DNA of 64,000 nt, from the NCBI GenBank assembly GCA_977020255.1, contig CDROCS010000787.1, positions 186,001-250,000 on the forward strand, given 5' to 3'. Under the pieces are notes generated by a model, which worked only from the letters and a program-made list of their open reading frames with translations, was not told the DNA's origin and did not search any database. Origin of the DNA: Obrimoposthia wandeli. Its lineage: Eukaryota. A program made the position numbers and the translations under genes. Positions within the stretch are counted from its first letter, which is position 1; every line of letters begins with the position of its first letter. Below are positions 1-10,432 of this stretch, in pieces.

Positions 1-3000
1 AAACATATTGCTTGGTTTTAACTTTTCCGACATATAGTTTTGCATCCAAAACATCAAGTCTAGGTTTTAGAACGTTTGTGCTTATCAAAGAAAAGGGCTC
101 TTAATTTCAGTCCATGACTTTGACTCTTGTACCATCCGACGCCAGTAAACTGTTTCCGTGTTGTTAAAAGTGTATGTATGTATCAGTTTGAAAAATCCGG
201 AAATGTATAGATATTTACATACAAGCATGAAATTTCATTTCTTACACACATACACAGTTTGAAAGAACATAGGTGTTTCTCATTAGCGGGAGGACAATAG
301 ATTAGATCAGACACATTCACCTACTCAATGAATCTTTTTTGTTAAATGTTGCTTTAATTTTTAACAACAGACAACTCACTGGCTTGTCTTGTGGTTGAGC
401 TTTAACACACCATTTATTTAATGCCTTTTCTAAATTATCATAATTGGAAATTCGTTTTTTCTTAGGGACTTTTTATTAAAAATGAAATTTATCTCGATGT
501 GACCACCTAGCAATTTTATTTAAATTGTATTTGCAACCAACAGTTCAGGCTAATTGAATTATGTACAAATCTAAGTATAATTCTAAAGTCTAAATTGTAT
601 AAAGATATGAAATAATTATAATTTTGGGATTTCATTTTTCAAGTTTGTTTAATCCAGGTTTCGTTATAATAGGATTATACTGTATTACTTTCAATAAATA
701 CATAATAAATAATTAAATAAATATAAGGAATAAATATCATTTCAATTTGAAAATTGTATTAAACTCTCTTGAATAATTTTTGGAACATAATTGATCATTC
801 AGAATGTTTCAGTTAACAAATTTATAATACAAAATATAACATTAGGTAAAAAGATTATGACTGCAGATTTGTCAAGAAACTCTCAAATGGTAAACAGGGT
901 GAAAAAATATTTGAAATTTATGGCCGGAATCTTTGCATCAACCGAAAGAAACTGTAACGATTTTAAAAATTCTACCTTGGAATCATAGATTTGTTAGACA
1001 TTTGCACTATATTAAATATACGTATTTTCAGTTGTCATAATTTTTTTTATTTTTAATTATAAATGAGTACAAAGAGTTAAATGATTTTAAAAAGTTAAGT
1101 CAAATAAAACAAGTTATGATAACAAAAATAAATTGCGAATTAGATTTGTTTCAGTTTAAGCATAACAATATTGGTTAAAATGAATATAATTTACTGGGAA
1201 AAAACTTCTTTAAATCAGTTATCTAATTATTTTTTCTATTGCTATTCCACAACAAACTAACAATATTTGGCAAATAGCCTTACATGCCAGATGTCCTGAT
1301 TATTATAACAAACAGTTTGATAAATGTCGCCCAGTACCACTTGTCAATCAATATGCCTGGCATTCTGGCATACATTGAAGTAAATTCAATAAATACCCAT
1401 TTTACTGTTCAACATTTTCGGATTTCGCCCTCTTCATAATTTATCTGAAATGGAATTCGTCAAATCACTTTGACTTGTTTAATTTTCTATCATTTTAAGT
1501 TTGTCCAGTACAGTATTTTGTTGAAGCACATGTATAATCATTAGTTACGTGAAATACAATTACTTGCACAATTATTATTTCATAAAGTTTAATTTGGAGA
1601 AATATTATGATTACATTTAGAAATAGTTATCATTTGCGTAGTTATGTACATGTATAATATCTTTAGTTTAATAACTATTGTATATAATATATATTTTCAA
1701 ACATTTTAAATTGCCAAACACTGATTATAGTTATTCTAGCATAATTTAACTGAAGCTGAATCCCAACTAAACTGAATTTTATTTACTGTTACTATTTTTA
1801 AAATATCAATGTTAACTTTAAATACATATTTTCACATAGATAAATTATATTTGTTTATAGTTTTAAATTACTAAGTAAAGTTGATATTTAAAATTTGTTG
1901 ATTAAAAATCATGATGAATTTTAAAACTTATAAAATATATTACTTGAAACATATGGGAAAAGTTTTTTAAAAATTATTAATAAATCGAAATAACATTAAA
2001 ATATTGGTAGTTGATGAATTGTAATGAATTGTAAAGTAACTGGAGACATTTCTCTCGGTAAAATATGGCTTAAATAATAATGTCATTTAATTTTCTGATA
2101 GGAATATTTAAATTTATACAGCAACGAAATACAACAAAAAGGGTTTTTGGGTATTATAAATTAACTAAAATCATTTAGAAACTTTAAAAATATTAAAAGC
2201 ATAATTACAATAAATCATAGGTAAATCGATATTTTAACAAATAAAGAAATTAAGGGTGGTGTTGATATAGCTGGTGAAAGCTAACTCCGTACAAATAAAA
2301 CTTACAACTTGATGCACAAGGTGTAAAATGAAATTATGAGAACATACATAATGGAAAATTTTCCCACATTTTCATCGAATAAAGTTTTTACTTTTTTTTG
2401 TTTTGTTTTTTTTCAATTAATTGATTTACTTACTTTTATGTGATTCAGAGTGCATTAATTTAATATAAATAATTATTTATTTAATAAAGAAAATAGGTCT
2501 ATTCTCAATTGCAACAAATAATATTTATCATATGTATTTAGTTTGAACTGTCATTTATGTTCTATATCAGAAATAAGAGTCTGAAAGTTATTTAAATGTA
2601 TTAGAATTAATTATTTCAAATTATTATATGATTCAAATGAAAAAAATAGCTGTAAAAAAATAGAATTATTTATCATAATAATTTTGACATATACAATGTG
2701 TACTATTTTTGATGTATTAAATTATTTAAAATTTTAAAACCCAATGTAATAGTGTAATTTAAAAAAAAATAAAACGATTTTTATTAATTATTTGATGTAA
2801 AATCTATTTTATTTAAGATCAAATTAATGTATGTTTATCATATTAATTTAATTTTTTAAGTTAAATTAAAATTAAATTAAACAGTTGACAGCTTTCTTAG
2901 AGTAATAACTAATATTATATAATATTTTAGTATTTATTGCTTTAGTTTAACTACTAACTATTAAAAGTAGGTAAATTGTGTATTTAAAACATAGTTAGCT

Positions 3001-3015
3001 TTCAATTATTTTCAG

Positions 3016-3383
3016 ATTCAGACGAATGTACGCCCACGCACAATGTACCTCCACTTCAACTGCACCCACCAAATGCAAACTCGAACACACTTTCAACACC
3101 TTCGCTCGAGCTGCCTCCAGGAGCACCACTGCTTTCTCGACGCCCAACCTTACGAAGACTTCCTCCCGGCTTGTCCAGGCGTCGTTCGAGCAACATTTAT
3201 CCCATGCTGGCACCACCGGCATCATTTTCTACAGGTGGCTCACAACCGTCTGGCCTGTATTCTCTTCCACAACCTCAACCATCTTCTACTCTGGGACCTC
3301 CTATACAACTCATTACTCTTCCACAGCTCGATGGAATACTCCGCTCACAAAAGATTCTTGATATGCGATTGCAAACATTACAA
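3016..3383 (+). CDS. Unidentified gene, internal exon (Pro/Ser-rich low-complexity region leading into a coiled coil)
   Basis: Acceptor ttttcAG at 3014-15 and donor GTaaat at 3384. Open frame (phase 1 to 0): DSDECTPTHNVPPLQLHPP...LSRRRSSNIYPMLAPP...LDGILRSQKILDMRLQTLQ. GC-richer than the flanks. Upstream exons not identified. Confidence 0.8.
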
Positions 3384-4633
3384 GTAAATTGTTTTGTAAA
3401 ATGTGAACCAAATATAAAATTAAACAAAACACTTAAATAAGGCCAAATACATTTTCGAAAAGGTGTAATCTTAAATTTCAGGTATGAAACTTCAAATTTT
3501 TGTATATACAAATAAAAAACTATACAATAATGTATTTTTTTTCAAGTTAAAAGTAGCATATTATAAGTGTTCGTATTCTTATTATGATAGAAACTATTAT
3601 ATTATAATTAAAGATTTGCAAAAGTATAAAAACGAAGCCTGTGGAAAACATGAATCCCCTACTGTTAACTTGAAAAGACAAGCATTAGGAAATCGTCTAA
3701 TCTAAGAGTATATAAAGTAATCGCAAAGAAATCTTTTTTTTAAGGAAGAATTCACTAAAATGAAAATTAGCCTTATTAATATTTTTCTCGTGAAAGAGAA
3801 AGTTGTAAGGCATTGTGTGACTAAATTTCCTTTTAACTCGTTGTAAGCTTTTTCTCACTGGATCCAAGTATACTTACAACGTTCGCCTGTCACTATTAGA
3901 CAGCAGAGATGGTTCAAAAAGTGTTGTCAAAAAGCTTAATTATTTTACATAACAAAAAAGACATAAGAATATCATTGAAAGATTTAAGTTGAATAATTCT
4001 GAATTATAAGTCTTTCATCGGATATTATCAATTCACAGATTTCTAAGCATATGATGTTCTAGTAAATCCAATTAACAATCTATATCCCTCTGGACTGGAA
4101 AATAAGGCTTATATCATATCTTATTCAGATGCTCCTCAGTGGATTATCGTGGCAAGATTCTATCCCTTAATGTTTTTTTAAATACGAATTTTCAAAACAA
4201 AAATAAACTTGGACCAATGCTATTATCTGAATACTGGAAATTCTAAAGTCCTTAGATAAAGAAGAATATAATTAGGAAATGTTGTGTTCGATTAATACTT
4301 GTTCGTAGCTCTTAGATTTGTACACCGTAAACAAATATTTATATTATATTATCTTATACATGCAGGTCATGAAAACTGTTTAAAGTCAGTGTAGATGGTT
4401 TCAAAATATTTAAAATTTAAAGAAAAAAAAACTTATATAATCGTATTGAAATTTATTTTTAAATGTATCTGGAAAATGAAGTCATGGTAAAAGTGAACAA
4501 AGAATCCAGATGAAAATCCATGATTAATTTTAGAATTGAACAATAAATTTGAACCAAATTATGGGCATACAGAAATATTTATGAAGATTTCTTAGATAAA
4601 AGTACAATTTGAAAAAAAGTATTTTATTTTTAG

Positions 4634-4771
4634 GCTCAGTCTGATCAACTTAATTGTGCCTCTGGCAATTCAAGAATCAAAGAAGAAATCGAACATGTGC
4701 GTCTGCTTGTCGGTGAAAATTTGACCGTTTTATCGAGTATTCTCAGTGCAGTTTTTAAAATTCAAGAAGTG
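4634..4771 (+). CDS. Unidentified gene, internal exon (amphipathic/coiled-coil helix)
   Basis: tttAG acceptor and GTAAGT donor; 138 nt, phase 0-0: AQSDQLNCASGNSRIKEEIEHVRLLVGENLTVLSSILSAVFKIQEV. In frame with the previous exon. Confidence 0.8.
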
Positions 4772-5675
4772 GTAAGTAAAATATGTTTTTGACTTAATTG
4801 TATGTCAATTTGACAATAGGCTTATATTAAGTAAATAAAGTTAAATATAACAGATTAAATAAATAATTTTGTTTTAAAAATGATACGTAAAAAATGAAAG
4901 TTAATTAGAATGTTTTATTCGACAATTCTAGTTCTTAAAATTGATTTAAGGGTGTCAATTATCACATCTATGTTGCTTCTTGGAAAATGGCTTCATGTAT
5001 GCATAATTTTGATGTTGTTTTTGATGTTTAGACGCTAGCATAGTGCAAAAAAGTTCGTAATACACTACCTGAAAATTTCGAAGGCAATGTAATTTAGTGT
5101 AAAAATAAGTATACAAATGAATATATATAATTGACTAGAAGGCTGTGGCAATTATCTACTCAAAATGTCGAATTTCAATGTTTTGATTACTTCACATTTT
5201 ATTGAATTATACATTACATTTTATTGTTTGTTGAAATAACTTTTCTATTTTGTTTTTGCTGCAAATTAAAATTTCTATCTTTTTCAATTGATCAAAGAAT
5301 CTAAAATTAAAATTTGATTTTTACTCTTGAGGATGTGACGTTTCTTAGGCGATCTCATTTATTAAATTAATTATTATTATTTGTAATAACTTATAAAGTT
5401 AGATATTTTAAGATCAATTTTTACATGTCATAGTTTCCGAGTAACTGTGATTTATAGTTTAGGGAGTCAAATCGGATATAAAAGTAAAATTGAGAAAAAA
5501 ATATAAATTTCTAAAAAAAAAAAACGCAATAATTAATCAAATATTCATTATGTTTTTTGGAACTTTCTGAAAATTTCGAAATAATGAATTTGTATTTATT
5601 ATCGTTTATTATTTATATTTATCATAAAATATTTTTTAAAACTCTGATTTAATTGTTTAATTTTACTTTTACTAG

Positions 5676-5807
5676 GTAACTAATATCAGTAACAACATGG
5701 AACAATGGTTTCTTGTTCAAGCCTCAGGAAATCAACTTCGAACGGTCGTAGTCGACGAAACTAGATTTTCTTCTAGAACATCAAGGGCTTCTGATACTCG
5801 AATTTAA
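5676..5807 (+). CDS. Unidentified gene, last coding exon
   Basis: tttactAG acceptor, phase 0: VTNISNNMEQWFLVQASGNQLRTVVVDETRFSSRTSRASDTRI then TAA at 5805-5807. Confidence 0.7.
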   Translation, partial: VTNISNNMEQWFLVQASGNQLRTVVVDETRFSSRTSRASDTRI

Positions 5808-7149
5808 TGACACAATATTTTCATGTCAAAAGCACAAAATTTAATTTGTACTATTTTACTGCTTTATTGTATTAATGTATTATGACTTTATAGAGTCTAT
5901 TTTAAAGCTAGAATGATTGTAACTTAATTTAGCTTTGGTGTCTCAAATATGTTAATGAACATCAAAAATTATATCTTGAAATCCATAACCATCATTTGAA
6001 TTATAATATTCGGCACAGATGCACTCTACCACCAGGGAAGGTCACACATATTTGAGGGTTGCTGACTTACTATTTCCAATGGAATAATTATGATTAAATT
6101 AAACACATTACATGATATTTAAATAATAAGGTATTAATAAGCCAAAGGTTTAAAAAAGTTATCAAAAACTATCAAAATTTTTAAAATTTATCAAAAATAA
6201 TTGATTTTTAATAAGTAACATTTAAATATCACGTGACCTTATCTGTTGGTACAGAGAATCTACACTTAATATTTTTATATTAACTGAATATTAATTTTAA
6301 CAAAATATTAGATTCTTGTATCTGTTTGAAAATGGTTTCTTTTTATGTCTCTTAATTTTCACTGAATTGTTCCACGTGATGTTTTATTGAAGAAAAAAAT
6401 TACTATACTTTTTGTCCTATAATCTTGTAAATTATAGCATTTTCCATCATGTGCATATAGTTTAGATTTGTTAATAAACTCATTTATTTAATTGTTCCTA
6501 TAATCATTGAAATTATGTAATTTGTAAACATTTGAGATTGTCATAGATTAATTATGTAAAAAACATTTTAAATATAATCTTTAAACTAATAAAATTAATT
6601 ACAATTATATATAAATGCAAAATTTATCAGAAATAATTGTATTTTCGTTTCATAAATAAAAATACTACTTTTGCATAATATTTTTCCAATTATAAGACTT
6701 GACAATAGATTGTTGGCTATTGCGGTCAACCAATCGTCGAAACTAATATTGAAACCCATAGTTATGTATTTTTAACTTAATTACCTTTAATATGTTTATA
6801 TTAATGCATATATTTTATAATGTATTAAAATATTTGAAAAATGAAATTAAAAATAAGATAAATTTAATGTCTCGATTATGTTAATAAATATACTGCATTT
6901 CAAATTTTTAATATATGTTTTAAAATATCTTGATAATTATAATTTAACAATTATGACATTTTAATACAATAATTTGATAAAAAAAATGTTTTTAGACCAG
7001 AAAATGTTGTTTTAAAAATATCAGATTTGTTTGTTCAGGACTCGAGATTTCACCATTAAAATGTTTATATATATTATAAACACATGACTAAATAAGTAAA
7101 CTCGACATAGATCTACATATATCACTGCAAATAGCTGGCTCTGTATTAT

Positions 7150-8975
7150 AAAATCCAAGCAACGTTTTGAAACAGAGCAGAGAATTGCAATAAAATGTAA
7201 TGTACTAAGTAATACTGTAAATCTAAATAGATGCTCTCGTCCAAGTACGAAATGAACACTATTTTACCTTTATTACATCTAATTGTCCAATTTTTACCCT
7301 ATTTCGAAGGATCCATTAGTCATCATTTGTGGTACATTGATCTGTATGTTATGTAAAGAATATCTATGTTCCTCGGTGGTGCTGAATAATGGTGGTTCTG
7401 TAAAGTCTTCACTTTGATAAGCTTCAAAGTCTTATTTTTTTGTAATTATATAATTCTTTTTTTGTAACAAGTCTTCAAACGGCATCTGAAAGATCTTCAA
7501 TTTTACTATCTTCTTCTTTCTCATTTTCTATATGGTCTTCCTTGCAACTGTTGTCGCTTTTGAGTACGTTGAAATCAATAAAAACCAACTGCTAAAACAA
7601 TCACGCAAAAACGAGCTTTATACTGAATCGAAATAATTTCTAACTAAATGAGACTGGTAATTACTGTTTTACAGTGCCTATTTTATATAAAGTCTCTTTA
7701 ATCGCATTATGCCTGTATAAGAATGTGGCATGCATGACAGTGATGCGATAGGCAAGAATATCAGACAAGACATAAACAGTTTCAGTCAGAAAACTTGCAA
7801 AGTGCAGAAAATTATAAAAACACACCAGAAACATAAATTTAAACAAGTTAACCAGCAAAGTTGTTCTTTAAATACTTAGAAGTTGTGTCGCTATTCAATC
7901 GTTCTAAAGTGATTGCTCCTACTGGTATCGGGTTCCTGTACATCTCGCAGTTTCTATTTGGTTCATCGGACAGATTTGGTTTTGACGGATTTTTAAAATT
8001 TTTAAATAGGTAGCTATTTGTATCCACTGGTTTCTCCTTCTTGCTGGTTCTCTTTTATTTTTTCCCATGAAAACTAAAGGAAGATTGTTACAAAATATGT
8101 CATCGAATCAACATCAGCCACGATTAGGATGGACTATGATGACTGAAATCAGGTTGTCACCTCATTCCCTAAGGTTGCTTGAGCGATCTTTACGGATTAA
8201 AGTGATGTTTTGAAATTTAGGTGATTTGTTTGACTTGCAGAGCTTGTTATCCTGTGTCTGCGCGATGTCAATTTGGTTTGTGCAAAATCTTTCCTCGATC
8301 TCCATTGTCTTGTGGAACATATCGTCGACATTCTACTGGGATATGCGCAGTTGACCTTGACAGAGAAACAGTTTATTGTTTACATTTCTACGTATACCAG
8401 AAAAGATTTTAAAATTTCAATGCGTTATGATTTCATCGATACGCTACAAAGAAACAAATACGATTTTTTGAATATTTTTGTCATGCATTTGACATTCAAT
8501 TGTCAGTTATGTCAATTTTACGAGCTCGATGCCTACATTATCATCGAAGAGCACGGTTTTTAACGGTCCCATTCTCTTAATTCCACTTATCATCTTCCTG
8601 GGTAACCCAGCATGGTGCTCAGTCCTTAAGACTGGCCTAAAAAGTAACACATTCTTATCTAACTGTTTACTAAACTCGTAGTAGAGTACGTTGTACCAAC
8701 TTTGTTACAAATAACTGTGTTTTTAGCATTTACTAATTTTTATTGGAACCCCAACGTATTCGAGGTAGAACAGTGTCCAAGCAACAATCTCCTAAATAAA
8801 TACCAATGAGTTGCATCAATGTTATCCCACTGAGGTGAGGTCACGTATATTGATGATCTAAGTTAAATTCAGATTTGAGAAAATAAGGAGAATCCTATAT
8901 ACAATTCCTATACATTTAAGAAGTCATGAGCTAGAAGCTTCCATAAGAAGTTAATAAGTCCTGTACTTACAATGA
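7150..8975 (-). mobile_element. Possible highly degenerate LTR-retrotransposon fragment (LTR plus gag-like remnant)
   Basis: The minus strand shows an LTR-like end TGTAACA (8703-8709) followed by AAGT-TGGTAC, with TATA-like (~8895) and AATAAA (~8740) motifs in LTR order. A frameshifted CX2CX4HX4C-like stretch (CF.CQG..AHIPVEC) lies near 8330-8380. No second LTR was found. Confidence 0.3.
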
Positions 8976-9175
8976 AATATTAGGCAAAATGCGTATTATA
9001 CCAAAAAATTACAGTGCATTTTATGAAACTTAGCTTGGAAAACTTTAGGAAACTTTATTCATTGAACTTTTGAATGCTATGAATAAAAAATATAAAATAA
9101 TATTTTAGGACCTTTCATCAACTTTTAAATGTTATTTATTTTAAAATATTGTTATAAAGTTTAAATAGTGAAGTG

Positions 9176-9390
9176 GCCTTTTCTATAGGAACAATATAAT
9201 CCAATTCTGAATATCGTTAATAGTAATTTGTGATGTTGCCTTTTAAATAGGAACAATAAAATCCAATTCTGAATATCGTTAATAGTAATTTGTGATGTTG
9301 CCTTTTAAATAGGAACAATAAAATCCAATTCTGAATATCGTTAATAGTAATTTGTGATGTTGCTTTTTAAATAGGAATAATAAAATCCAA
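9176..9390. repeat. Tandem repeat, 62-bp unit, about 3.4 copies
   Basis: TAGGAACAAT recurs at 9186, 9248 and 9310, and as TAGGAATAAT at 9372. The units are nearly identical and have no unique spacers. Confidence 0.95.
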
Positions 9391-10382
9391 GTCTTTTTAT
9401 TCAAATATTTTTAAGTAAATGTTATTTGTGAGATGTCAATATTGCATTTTGCTATTTAAAGCAATAACACATGCAAACACATACAGAGACAGTACTGTAG
9501 TTAAGTGTGTGTGGCAGGATCAGTAACAACGAATGCGCTGCCTCAGTCCATCACAGCACACACATGCACGCAGAAATCAAGTCCGGAAACTCCCTTCCCC
9601 AAAAGTACACTTAATTTGCCAAAAGTAGAATGAAGAGTGCACATCTATCGATTGGCTTTGTAGGGCACACAAATTCCGACGTCACATGTTCTGGTGTGGA
9701 AAAATTGTGTGTATGTCTTTAACTGCAGACAGTCTTTAATCAGTCTTCTGATGATTGTGTCAGCCTCAGAGTTACAGACACTGTTGCCATCGATGTCAAA
9801 CATTGAGTGTTAGCAGATAAAGAGAGAGAGGGAAGACCAGGATGAAGACAGCCGATGTGATAGAGTGGGTAGCCGGGATCAGCAGCGCTGGGAGAGTCGC
9901 CGTTGTTGTTGCCACCGCTCCCATATTGTTTGTTGTCAGCCAGAGAGAAAATTGCATCAAACCGCAATTACATCCGCTGTCTTTTCAGGTAGAGCGTGAT
10001 TGACTGGGGAACGCAACTGGTCCCGCATACACACAACATAAAGAGGGATGTATAGGTGAATTGAGGATGATGTTGATGATGATTCTGGCCGATGATGGGG
10101 AAGGAAGGTGGAATAGGACCAAATCTGTTGGGAGGTCCGGAGAGCTGTTTGGGCTGATCTCGGTCTACTGGTTCTGTTTGTGTGTTCGAGGACTGGTGCA
10201 GTGTGGAGGGTGAATTAGAGGCAGTATGGTGTGGGGCCCACGAAAAGTTGGTACACAGTAGAGAGAGAGGGAGATTGCGCTGTTGGTCAGGTTGCGGTGC
10301 TGTCATCAAAGTCTGCGGTATCCGCCGCTAGAGAGGAACTGGGCGGAAAATTCTGCCATAAATCTATTTTTATCTATATGCC

Positions 10383-10432
10383 GCCTTCCTGACGAGCCCG
10401 GCAGGGCGAAACGGGACCACCCCGTCGGAGGC
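10383..10432 (+). ncRNA. Type I hammerhead ribozyme
   Basis: Stem I GCCTTC(10383-88)/GGAGGC(10427-32); core CTGACGA (10389-95); stem II GCCC-GGCA-GGGC (GNRA loop); GAAA (10408-11); stem III ACGGG-ACCAC-CCCGT; cleavage triplet GTC, with the cut predicted after 10426. All conserved core nucleotides are present. Confidence 0.93.

Noticed and set aside
1270-1440. GC-richer patch, possibly a transposase fragment
   Set aside because: All frames are interrupted and I could not match a diagnostic motif.
3640-4260. Possible Tc1-like remnant in an intron (W..WQDSIP)
   Set aside because: Only one weak motif resemblance; insufficient support.
9176-9390. Possible CRISPR-like array
   Set aside because: The units are contiguous and near-identical with no unique spacers, the context is eukaryotic, and there are no cas genes.
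9740-10309. Minus-strand ORFs of 75 and 113 aa in the GC-rich island
   Set aside because: Low-complexity translations, no recognisable motif, and no convincing splice sites; expected by chance in GC-richer DNA.
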